From the NCBI GenBank assembly GCA_965235115.1, contig OZ249436.1, positions 48,424,001 through 48,488,000 of the forward strand: a DNA stretch of 64,000 nucleotides, given 5' to 3'. Under the pieces are notes generated by a model. That model was not told where the DNA came from. It did not search any database and saw only the letters and a program-made list of their open reading frames with translations. Position numbers and translations under genes: made by a program. Positions 11,601-22,500 of this stretch are shown one piece after another (the first letter of the stretch is position 1; the number at the start of each line of letters is the position of its first letter). This DNA comes from Laetmonice hystrix (lineage: Eukaryota).

Positions 11601-14600
11601 CGTGTAAACACAAGTAAACACATACCTGACACAGTGATAAATCTGGTACCCACTGGCCCCGTGACATATTTTACCCTTTGGCGCCACTGGATGCTCATTT
11701 TAACCTTTTTTCGCCCATCTCTGAATAACCCATTTACATGTAAAGTCCCCATCCCTTCTTATATGAAATCCAATTGTTTATAAAAGAAAGAACGTGCCGC
11801 TATGTACACCAAGTTTCCGCCAGATATTTCCCCCTACAGTACACCACGTGGTTACTCTTCAGCCCTCATTCACAGCGGTACTCTAAGAATGTCTCTTCCT
11901 GTTTCAGGTACACCTTTCGTGCTTCCAATTTTGCCGTGATTGCCATACAAAGTCATTCTCCACCATGCCGCCTAAATTTGGAGCCAAGAAAGCTGCAGAG
12001 CCTGCGAAACCCAAGGTGGAGATCCCCGAGGGAGTACTTCTTGCCCTTGGAAACCCGGTTCTGGACATGACCATCACGGCAGACGAGAAGTATCTCAACA
12101 AACACCAGCTGGAGCCCAACGATGTCATCTTGGCTGAGGAGAAGCACCAACCATTGTTTGAAGAGATCATGAAGACAATGAAACCTGTCTTCTGTGCCGG
12201 CGGCGCCGCCCAGAACTCAATACGTGTCGCCCAGTGGCTGCTCAGGAGACCTCAGGCAACGACGTACTTTGGCTGCGTCGGAAACGATGAGCGTGCTCGT
12301 ACCCTGGTGGAGAAAGCTAAGGAGGTTGGTGTGGCAATCCGATACATGGTGAATGAAGAGCACCCGACTGCCCTGTGTGCATCAATCATCACCAAAGATA
12401 ATCGGTCTCTCGTCTGTGAACTGGGAGCAGCACTTCACTTTGACTACCGCTTCCTTCAGGAACCAGAGAACTGGGCGCTGGTTGAGAAGGCCAAGTGCTT
12501 CTATATGTGTGGCTTTCCCTTCCCAGTGTCTCCCCCTGCTGTGAAGATCATTGCTGACCATGCACATCGCCACAACAAGATTCTTGTCATGAACCTCAGC
12601 GCCCCCTACCTGTGCAAATATTTTGTAGATCCTCAGATCAATATCATGCCACTCATTGACATTCTTTTCGGGAACGAGGCAGAGGCCAAGACCTTCTGTG
12701 AGCTGGCGGGGATCCCGACGGGCGACATGAAGAAAATGGCGATGGCAGTCTCCGAGCTGCCAATGGCAAACCCCAACCGGAAACGTGTCGTTGTCTTCAC
12801 CCAAGGAAAGGACCCCACCATCGTGGCCATGAATGGCGAGGTCAAGATGCACAATGTTGACCCAGTCAAAAAAATGGTGATGAAAGACACCAACGGCTGT
12901 GGCGACGCCTTCGTCGGGGGCTTCCTGGCTGAGCTCGTCAAGGGCAAGGGTATCGACGAGTGCATCAAATGTGGTGCATATGCAGCAAAGACAATCATCA
13001 AACACCTCGGGTGTACCTTCCCCGCCAAACCAGAGTACCCCTAGATCCTCCCTGTCTCTCGCCTCATCCACACAACGGTGCTATTTATGGATACTTACCT
13101 TTACTAAAGTAAATCTAAGCAATCCGAAGGATGTCTTTCACATCAAGTATTACATCATACACACCCAACAAGTCAAAGAAGCCACTTTTGTGGTCGATGA
13201 CTTTTTTCTGGCAAACTCAGCAACATTGCCAATGTGATTACATAATAAATGAAATGTTTGTTTTTGAACTTGATCACTCTCCCATTCAATGTGGATGAAC
13301 GATGCAAACTTCTCCTCCTTGTGCCATATCAAGCAGTTCTGTGTTCAACTATTGTGCCTTCTTTAATGTACAGTAGAAACAAACGGTCAATGGACCGATG
13401 ATCATTTACACTAAGACTTAAAATTATCAGTCATTATCGACGGTATATCAGTGAGCACCACGAGGGGATACTGATCCGCATCATGATGCAACGATACGGA
13501 AAGGACTACATGTACTCAATAATCCAAGCTACAGTCATGTTAACATTCACAGCAACATGTGCCAAAGGGATCTCAATTCAGGTGTCTCTACATCTACAAG
13601 GATGTCTGAATAACGGAACAACGTGTTTTCTTTGTTACTGATCAGTGAAATCCATTATGACGTTAGGTAGCAATAATAGTAACCAATGGCTACTGGGTGG
13701 GATATGGGTCCTGATTGGAAGACAGCGAGGCGACATCTCGAATTACATTACTGTCCCAACATTCAAATGGAGAAAAGTCTGACCCTCTCCCGCGTCCCTC
13801 CCCAATAATTAGGGCAGGGGGAGTCTCCCTCCCTCAATAGACAGTGTAGTGGATAGACTGTACCAACTTTGGGTGAGCATATGGCGTACTAATTTTAAGG
13901 CCTTGATTTCATAAATAATAATGTATATTCTTTTTTGGGTTGTTACAGATTGAAATTGTAAATAAGATTTCTCTCAGCCTTAATCCCTGATTTATTTAAA
14001 GTCATTGTGCATTGTATGAACCTGTATGATAAGTACTGCTGAATGGTCCCTGTACATCATAGAATGACTGAACGATTACGTGTTGTGCTTGAATCTATGA
14101 TGTCCCGTTAAGACAGTTTCAACTGAACTGTGTGAAGCCTTCTGCTCAGGAGTATTATAGACTTTCTAATCACATCCTGGATGCTACTTAAGTACATGTA
14201 TCTGCAGTACAGTCTGGACTGAAGTCTACTCAGTAGTATTTTGTGGATTCCTTAGGTTCTTCATTAAAGCCCAAAGCTTTTCCCCAGTATTAATATGTCG
14301 ATATTGTTGTCTTGGCTAATAGGGTATGGTGCTGTTAGTTAGGAGTCTGGCCTCTGAACGGGACTCATGTAATCAAAGGCTTCAAAAGCAAAAGGTGGCG
14401 GCCCGAGCCAGGGCCCAATTTTAAAAAACTTAGGTCCTTGCTTGAACTTAGACCAGCTGATCAGAAGTGTTAAGGCCCAAACCCACTATGCGATGCTTGC
14501 TTGCGACACCCATCGTAATGTATGTGACGTGTGTCGAAATGGGACATCACAATAAACCTGTTGCAAGGCTTGCAGCGCTGAAACCCAAACCCACTTTGCA

Positions 14601-17519
14601 ACGAGTGCACGAGTTAAAGCACGCTCACGTTGGCTGTTGCCCAGCAACGAGCTCGAGTGTTGTCACAGGCCTTGTGGTAAAGGGAAGAAATATCAAACAT
14701 GGGTGATATTGACGCAGCCCTTGCGATGAAAGGCTGCGTCGCAAGGCTTGTGTTGCGACGCATTATTATGCAACACATTTTTGCGATGGGTGTCGCAAGG
14801 CTAGCGACCTCTGTCGCAAGCCATGCGATGCCATGCCATGCATGGTGGGTTTGGGCCTTTAAGCTTAAGCTTGAGCAAGAACTGTAGTTTTGAAAAACCA
14901 GGTCGTGGTTGATCACTAGCGATGGACAGTTGACTGCCTGGTTGGAGGGATCTCCTTTTTGATCTGTCGCTTTGAGTGAAGCTGCCCCGAGGAACATCTG
15001 TCATTTTCATTTCCCGTCTTAAGACACTAACTGCATGACTGGTGAGTCGAATATGTTTGTTTTCCCCCTAAGTAAATAAAAACTATATTAATTTCATCCA
15101 TGGCTGCTGCCTGTAAGGTAAGATGAAACTGGTTTAACCATTAACTTTTAATCAGGTTTCTCGATTTAGGTAGGCAGCTGCCTCCAACCAAGTCTTATGG
15201 CTACTTAAAACTTCACAAAACTAGGTCTTTAAATGAATTGAGAGTTCAGGGAATGGTGTTGAATAACATGAGCAGGTTTAGCTTTTAATGTAAACTACCT
15301 GGCATGTTCTCATGATTTAAGTCTTCTATCAGTGATGCATGATTTTGATAAAATCTGGTGAGATGAACACGGCTTATAGAAAGCCACGTCTGGTATTGAC
15401 ATGTGTCTCTGATCTTTGAGAGATTAGAGTGGTGTCAGGTGGCTTTGGTAATCCTTAAGATGGAAATAAACTTCTTTCAATAGATTTGCTTGTGTTAAGT
15501 TGTTTACTGAATAATCCTGAATCGGTACGTTTAGGTTATAATAACAATCTAAAAGTACCAGTAGGGAACCACATGACTTACTCAAGGACCTGAACATCAC
15601 CAAACCCAGCGGAAAGGCTTTCTTTTTAAAGATGGAAACGCGGGAACTGCAATCTGGAAACGTGCTCAAACTGACGATGTGAAGGGGAAAGGTAATTTGT
15701 AGTCTTGTAAGAAAGTGAGTGTCTGACACTTCCCACAAACTATGTCGCCAGTGCACAGCGATAGTCCTGGAGGGCCGGATGTAGCTGAGGCACCTTCCCC
15801 AGTCTCCAACTGTTGCCATCAGCGTTTTTACCCACACCTTTGTTGAATCACGTTTGTCTGTTCCAAGTGGGTGTACACTGGATTGTGCAGGAGAGTGGGC
15901 AGGCAAGCTGGGCAGGTGTCCATGGTTACTGGGGTTGTCTTAGTAACATTACACCCACGCCTATATAAACCTCAACAAGGTGAAGGGAGGGTGTGAGGAT
16001 GGGGCAGCCACAACAGCAGGAGGACCAGTACACCTCCCACTCCCACTGAAGGTAGCTCCTGTCCAATCCATCTCTAGACTTGCTCACCTCCCAAGAGCCT
16101 CAAATAACAACGAAAAAGTGCAGTTCTTTAGAACGTGCACAGAAAAAAGCCAGTACAAAGCTCTGGCGAAATAGCATGAAATGTGCTGGCTCAAGACTGT
16201 CTACTCCACAGTTTTGGAAGGTTGGGTGGAAGAGGTGCTGGGTAAAACAAGATATAAGGTGAACTGTCAGTCATTGCAGAGAAAATCTCTTGTTCAAACG
16301 ATTTTCCATCACTTTGAAACATTTGTTTTCTTCCAGAATTTATTCAAAACTCTTCATTTCATCAAACAATTTTTTCCCTTGAAATGGGCAAAATTAAACA
16401 AAAAGTTTTTTTTAATTAAATTATTATGAAACAAAAATCAGATACAAATCGAGTCTTAAATTTAATATTATCTTAGTTGGCTTCAGTCCCATTATGAGGA
16501 CGTACTAAATAACCTAAACTTCTGAATTCAGTAAACGTTACCATTTTTTTAACCCCCAAAATATCTGGTGTTGTGCAGCATTAATCATTTATTTGAATCA
16601 TTTGTATTTCAAAAGGACACATCATTTTACAGCCAAAAGCCTCCCAAAAGGTGATTTTGTAAAAACTGATATGGTTGCACTATTTCAGTGCTTGCGGCGA
16701 AAAAAATGTAGGCGAGTGGTCAACAGCTCGCCTAGTGAAGTTTAGGCAAGCTGTTTTTTTCCCATGATAATCACTGGCCTAGACAAGTCTTGGTGAGCTG
16801 TTTCTGAATATGCAATGTATAGCCAGCTTAAGTTATCAACTGGCCTTACAACATTCATGGTACTTATGGTGCCACCTGGTGGAATATAGGAAAACCACAT
16901 ATAACCATCATTTCTTCCTACTAGAAGAGTTGGGCTTAAACATCCTATTTATCTCTTCTGAAGAATAGCTTGACTTCTAAAGACAAGGTTTCCTGCCGAA
17001 TTTCATCTGGGGGTGATGGAAGGGCCTAGGGGTAGGCTATGAAAAAAATTAAAAAGCCAGGAAACTTTGGAGGAAGTAACTGACTTTTTTGGGGGGAGTT
17101 TCCCTGCCAAAACAGAGCTGCGGGAAACCCTGTTAGACTTTAACATGTCATTATAATCCAAATTGCATAAAAAGATCTCTGAAAAATCCATGGCATTGTG
17201 TTTAGATTTTTTAATTTAAATTGCAATTTATCAAAGATTCCTATGAGGCACATACACTTACCCTGTCACCTTTGAAGATTTTCCATTCCTTGATGGGTTC
17301 TACATATACATGACGATGAGTTACAAATGGTCCATTATCCCGCTTAAAGTCGTCTGTCCATGGCCGGTGCTCGCTGTAGTACCATTTTTTCTTGGTCACC
17401 TCTTTCCACCCTGCCATAGGCTCCCAGTGTCTCCGTCTCCAGTTTTTGTACATTTCACGATCCACATATCGCTTGAAGTACTTGAACTCCGAGCACAGTA
17501 ATAGCCTTGTTAGCCTCAT
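2656..17519 (-). CDS. MRPL24: Mitochondrial large-subunit ribosomal protein uL24m (39S L24), about 244 aa, 5 coding exons
   Basis: Exons 17519-17262, 4077-3982, 3744-3638, 3162-3026 and 2792-2656 all have GT-AG boundaries and consistent phase. Translation: MRLT...EPIKEWKIFKGDR|VEILVGKDKGIQG (KOW motif)...VEGLNC...QVKLVDPSD...KPTDVEWRYTETGDRVRVSVRTGRILP...KTYWY*. Upstream acceptor at 17560, probable 5'UTR exon donor near 17832. Confidence 0.95.
3329..3512. mobile_element. Small TIR element (CAGGGCCGTAG type)
   Basis: cagggccgtag ... ctacgaccctg with internal poly-G tract, in an MRPL24 intron. Confidence 0.6.
4318..4845. mobile_element. Non-autonomous DNA transposon with TTAA target duplication (Kolobok/piggyBac-like)
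   Basis: TTAA|aggggtatattatga ... tcatagcatgcccct|TTAA; imperfect 15-bp TIR. Confidence 0.7.
5100..5335. promoter_or_regulatory. CpG-rich putative bidirectional promoter with divergent first exons, inside the MRPL24 intron
   Basis: ETS-type cttccgg and gcggaag, CCAAT boxes (attgg ~5161, ccaat ~5181). + strand ATG 5190 to donor cag|gtgcgt at 5327; - strand ATG|gtgag at 5108-5104. Confidence 0.6.
6033..6323. mobile_element. CAGGGGCGGATCC-family TIR element
   Basis: caggggcagatcc ... ggatctgccactg with poly-G; same family as 36479-36948 and 60689-60757. Confidence 0.7.
9405..10140. repeat. Degenerate ~65-bp minisatellite, about 8 units, interrupted by a MITE
   Basis: Recurrent catgttgacagctgcccagtgaccacaacccgggatatgcagcagttgttgagtccaagcaggc. 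Confidence 0.85.
9675..9870. mobile_element. 196-bp MITE with CAG target-site duplication
   Basis: TIRs cctgggtatatcccccatggtaactt..ccacaaaattt / aaattttgtggagaagttaccatgggggaataacccaag, flanked by cag/cag; removal restores the minisatellite unit. Confidence 0.8.
11965..13044 (+). CDS. ADK: Adenosine kinase (PfkB/ribokinase family), 359 aa, single coding exon
   Basis: Intact ORF with LGNPVLD, GGAAQNS, YFGCVGND, NRSLV, NLSAPY, DILFGNEAEA, VVFTQG and DTNGCGDAFVGGFL motifs; splice acceptor tttcag| at 11907 upstream. Confidence 0.95.
   Translation: MPPKFGAKKAAEPAKPKVEIPEGVLLALGNPVLDMTITADEKYLNKHQLEPNDVILAEEKHQPLFEEIMKTMKPVFCAGGAAQNSIRVAQWLLRRPQATTYFGCVGNDERARTLVEKAKEVGVAIRYMVNEEHPTALCASIITKDNRSLVCELGAALHFDYRFLQEPENWALVEKAKCFYMCGFPFPVSPPAVKIIADHAHRHNKILVMNLSAPYLCKYFVDPQINIMPLIDILFGNEAEAKTFCELAGIPTGDMKKMAMAVSELPMANPNRKRVVVFTQGKDPTIVAMNGEVKMHNVDPVKKMVMKDTNGCGDAFVGGFLAELVKGKGIDECIKCGAYAAKTIIKHLGCTFPAKPEYP
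14473..14858. mobile_element. PIF/Harbinger-type (Tourist-like) MITE nested in an older CAGGGCCC-type element (~14409-14905)
   Basis: TTA|aggcccaaacccactatgc ... gcatggtgggtttgggcct|TTA; internal ttgcgac/gtcgcaa motifs. Confidence 0.8.
16984..17132. mobile_element. Small TIR element
   Basis: caaggtttcctgc ... gcgggaaaccctg. Confidence 0.5.
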
Positions 17520-17829
17520 GTCAAGTTATGACCGTTTGTTGGTGAGCCACGTTAACACTTCTGTGACAATAAAATAATGATATGCATAACATTTCAAATC
17601 TAAGTAGATATAACTAGTGTAGCATTAAAGGCAGTCTTTATATCAAAATCAACAAAAATGTTTTTTCCACACAGTATTGATTGTTTCTAGATAGTTTAGA
17701 CACAGTAAAAACTATTGGCACTACCGTAGAGACGTACAGGTATAAGCAAGGATTTCCATGAGATTCAGACAATTTTTCACGGCTCCTTTTCTCAAGGGGC
17801 CTGCCCACCGAAAGCCTGTGGCCTGTGTT

Positions 17830-17955
17830 TACCTAGACTGAATACTGTGTGCATGCTCGTCAGGTTTTTTTTTAACTGAAACAGCTCCGAGAACGATTAT
17901 GGCGGCTGCCACAACACGTCGCTTCCCGGGGCTTTAGACTCGTGTAGTGAGTGGG
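17830..17955. promoter_or_regulatory. Putative bidirectional promoter/first exons of MRPL24 (-) and CCDC87 (+)
   Basis: CpG-rich patch with atggcgg (YY1-like); - strand donor ag|gtaa near 17832 and + strand donor a|gtgagt near 17947. Confidence 0.55.
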
Positions 17956-19501
17956 CAACGACGGTGCAGGGGCTTGTTAGGTCGGGTCGGGGGTTAGGCC
18001 TTTGAATTTGTTTCAGTTGGGTCCATTTGCCACTCAATGTACTTGTATACAGGGCGGTGCCAGATGCTGTCACTCAGAGGAGATGCGAGTGAACCTACTC
18101 AGCCTTAGCCTCAGACTCAAGACTGTCCGACTCAGAGGTGTAGATTTTAGAATCACTGCACGTGAATTGGATTTAAGTCGGATGTCACAAATTTGTACAT
18201 GGAAGTAGTTATTGACCATCCTGGGACACATACAAGGTATGTATCTGAATTCCGCAAATAGGTACATTATAACATCAGTCTTTAATTATCGTCATCAATC
18301 ATCAATCATCATGTCATAGATTGTTACAGCACAACCCCTATTATCGCCCGATGTCTCGTGCTTTCGTTTTCAGATTGCACCTTTACTCTTTACTTTCCCA
18401 GCATTTACAGTCATACACCGGATTTCACTCCCGAATAATACTTTTTTGATGTAAGAACACAAACACACTTGCCCAGAATTTCAACTTAAGCCGAGGCATC
18501 TACCAGCAAGACCGGCTCAGCTTAGGGATCTCTGATCCACTGCCATTTGCATCATGATTCCGTTAATGTAAAATTACTATGGTTCAGTGGGATTTAAAAT
18601 TATTATTCTCTGACTTATAGCTCCTTCAATATATACCTAAGTACTACATGTCCAACTCTATTTGTATGTAGCGTTTGTTTGATGGGTTTGGGTTGTTTTC
18701 TAATTTCCACTGAAGCCTCGCGAACGAGATCATGTCTTTTTATCTTAGCCCTCTTGCGGCAACAACTCACAACATGATGCATAGAAATGTCAGCACAAGG
18801 AAAGTTTCTAAGTAGGTAGCCTAATCACGAACATCCAGAGAAGTAAACATGCAAATACAACGTAAGTTTATTCATACTTATTACATCTTCTTATTCCTGA
18901 AGATTTATAGCAAGGACATATCCGATTGACGTTTTGCCAAGGCCCTCCCATCCTCGCTAGTTGAGTCATATTTGGTTGCCATGATAAACAAATGGTCACC
19001 GAGCTCACGATGAGAGTCTGCGTGAGCCTTGTTTGAAATTGTATGGTGGTAGGCCCAAGGAATCTGACCATTACACGATCCTTGGTAGGCCTACCAGATG
19101 GTCCTGGAGGAGTGACACAGAAAAAGTGTTAATATGCGTAAAAGAATATTTGCCAAAATGGTATTCAGTCTTTAACTCTTACTGGTTCTTTGTGACTTTG
19201 ATCATCGATTATTGATTCCTACCTGAATATATAGGCCTATGCAATATGGCACATCTTTTTCATTTCCTTGTCACTTCATAGACATAGACATAGTCATAGT
19301 TCTCTTATTTTTAAAACAACTTTACAAGTCAAGTTAACAAGTTAAGAGAATGAGAGCAGTGTGATGAATTGATTATGTGAAGTAGTGTAACTCCAGGGAC
19401 CTTCAGAGAGAGTATTGCCTGCACTTTATTATTATGTTATTTTTTCCCATTCCAGCTGAATAGATGTTGATTGATAGAAGGCTGCAGTAATTAACAACAA
19501 T

Positions 19502-22500
19502 ATGCCAACAGAAGACCTGTTCAGTAGCCATGTACGAATGCCACCTTTCAAGGCTGGTGTGCGCCTCCCGAGTGGCAAAGGAGAAGATGACATGTATCAT
19601 TTCACCCACCTTGGTTTCAATGTGGTTAGTGACAATGTGATTATTAATTTTAATAAAAGTTATAAATGGCATGTATTTGACTAGTTTCACTCCTTTTTTT
19701 AATCTGCTGCCACTCATTTCTACTGAGATAATTAGATGTTCATCAATATTGATTGAATATGGTGTGAACTTATGATCAAGTTGACCAAAGGTTTTATTGG
19801 CTATCCCGTACGCCCTTAACAAATATAGAAATTGATGAAAAGGATTCTGTAGGAATATTACTTCTCCTACTACATTGTGACTGTTCTGTTCTAATAACTG
19901 CAGAGTGATGTTCAGCAGCGCTTTGATGGCGTCAAAGGTCCATTAACTCTGTTTGCTCCATTTACACATGAAGATGGTAAGTAGAGTCTGGCATGAACAT
20001 AAAATAACAAACTGTGGTATTACAAAAATCGCATAGGAAGGACCCAGGAAGGAACGGTACAATAATATTTTGACCACATTGAACTGGCCAGGTGTCTGTC
20101 TTAGTAAGGTCTAGTTATTAAAGATTTACATCTAGTTAAATTTACCTGGCCATGAATGGGAGGCAGCTGGTTAATGGGATTATCATTAACCAGAGACTCT
20201 GATACAACTGTTCCTATTGGAGTTAACGATATCGTTAATAACCAGACCTTAGTAAGACAGGCCCATCATGAGTAGCAGTTTGGATAACAGCAGAGTGATG
20301 CTACAAGGCACTGAACGTTAAAAAGTACAGTTTTTACAGTAAAATGTCTGTACCATTGCAATATTATGAGGATATAAAAATGAATTGAAGATAAGTGAGT
20401 GTAAAGTACCATCCAGCTTCATGAATATACCTCACACATATTTTTGTAGAACTCTGTTACTTTAAGAATTTGGTACTTGTTAGGTAGAGTTCTCCTTTTC
20501 CTGTTTGAGTTGTTTTACTTAAATTCATTGACAGAAACCGAGGAGAGAGAGTTGCATGCAGATGGAGGTAACCATCATCATGATGTAATGATGTTAATAT
20601 ACCTAGGTGACCTTGTATTAGGTTATACTTGATGATATATCTGGTGGGGATTGACACCATTCATAATATTTAAGAGGTGCCTGGCCCTTAGAATCCTCCC
20701 TTAGTGGCAGGTAAATATTAAGATATGATTATTTTTCATATTATTGGAGAGAACTGTGAGTGCACACAGAACTGTGAGAGAACTGTGATGGCAGCTGATT
20801 TTTGTACTGAAAAATGTTACCTTGCTATAAGAATATTCAAGGGTGGGATATCACACCCACTCATCAAGGAAGACAAGTGTGTGAAGTGGTTTTGAATTTT
20901 TATTGCGAGAAGGCCAGCAATTTGATCCTGCCATGCTTCATCATCGTGGCTGTTAGAGTTTTCATAATTTAAGCCAGAGCTTCCATTATTGCTTTATAGT
21001 TCATTCTTTGTCCTTTGAAGGACTGGATGATGTACAATTTGTATCTTATGCTGTATGTTTTTACTGTAAGAGGACACCAGCTGATAGATATCAACAGGAT
21101 TGTGATATAGACTTCTTTAGGAGTTTCCACCCATGTATCTGTAATAGTAGGATACCAGGATGCCCTGTACACCACTTTTAGGTTCCTGGTCTAGTGTAAT
21201 TCTGATTTCTGAAAAAAATATTAAAATCAGACAAAGCCGTGCAATTTATACCTTGGTCATTTTACAAATCAAATTAGGCCCTATACCTGATAATATGCAA
21301 GAATGCATGAACTTTTTAAAAAAATTCCCTGACAAGGCACCAAAAATGCGAAATGACAGCACTGGCATTAGTGTCTACCATCATGCATGTGATATCATTG
21401 GGTTGTTGATACTTTCAGAACCCCAGTCTGATGTCATGGAGTTGGATCGTCCTGTCACTCCCATCAATGTAAGTGTTGGTCATCGTGTTTTCTTACCTGT
21501 CCTGTTCATATCTAAATGTAAAGACAGAAAGTTAGGATTTTATGTATGAAACAAGGGGCAGTTCCTGTTGGATCCCCTCCTTTGTCAGTGTTCCCTCTTG
21601 GGTGCCTCTCTTCCAAAATCCTGGGTCCATCCTTATAAGAATATAAAAAAAGTGAAAAGCCTAGAGAGTCACCTTGACATCTCATTGTGTTGCCAGGTGA
21701 TGTGAGAATTAGCATTAGGAATGATGAAGATTATGTTTTAGCTGTTATCATGAGTGGTGATCTATTTTGTTGGTTTTAAAGGATGAAATTAAAAAGCCAC
21801 CGAAAACATTCAACCACCTGGCAAAGCTTGTTCGAAGACGAATTTCAGCAAAACAGGACATACAACACCTCAGTATGGAAGATCAACAGGCTTTGGTAAG
21901 TTACTAAAATAGTTTACAGAAAATCAACGAGTTCAGGTAAGACATCATAATCCTCAATATTGAGAACCAAGAACGCCAGCGAGTTACCTCGGTAAGTCCT
22001 AGGCAGAGACAGTTATGAGTATATATATGGAGGACTCGCCAAGTACCGTACAGGTCATGATATGGCCAATCTCAACATACTCCATGTAGGAGAATACTGT
22101 AGTATAGAATATCATGTTTGATTCTTGCAGGCTGCCATTATCATGGGAGAAGTGAATGGTATCTGGTCAGACTTCAGGATGCAAGTCAGTGACCCCTTTA
22201 TGGTAGGTTAAGATCATCTGTCTCTGGATCACTTCAGAGGTTTACTTCATTCAGGATCCTCAGAAGGTCATGTTTGATCCTCCCCTTTCCGTTGTCCTTT
22301 AAAAGTTAAACAGGCGTGATATTAAATGTAATCCCCAAATTCTAAGTTTCTGTGTATAATATAGTCATGTATAAGCTTCAAAATAAAGCATTAAAATGAT
22401 ATGTTTCCATTCTAATTTTCACGAAAATGGTTGGCAAAAACTTATCAATTTAACATTGAATTCAATAGAGAATATCAGTACCGTGCTCAGCCACCAGCTG

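Noticed and set aside
12382..13071. 229-aa minus-strand ORF
   Set aside because: Antisense shadow of the codon-biased ADK CDS
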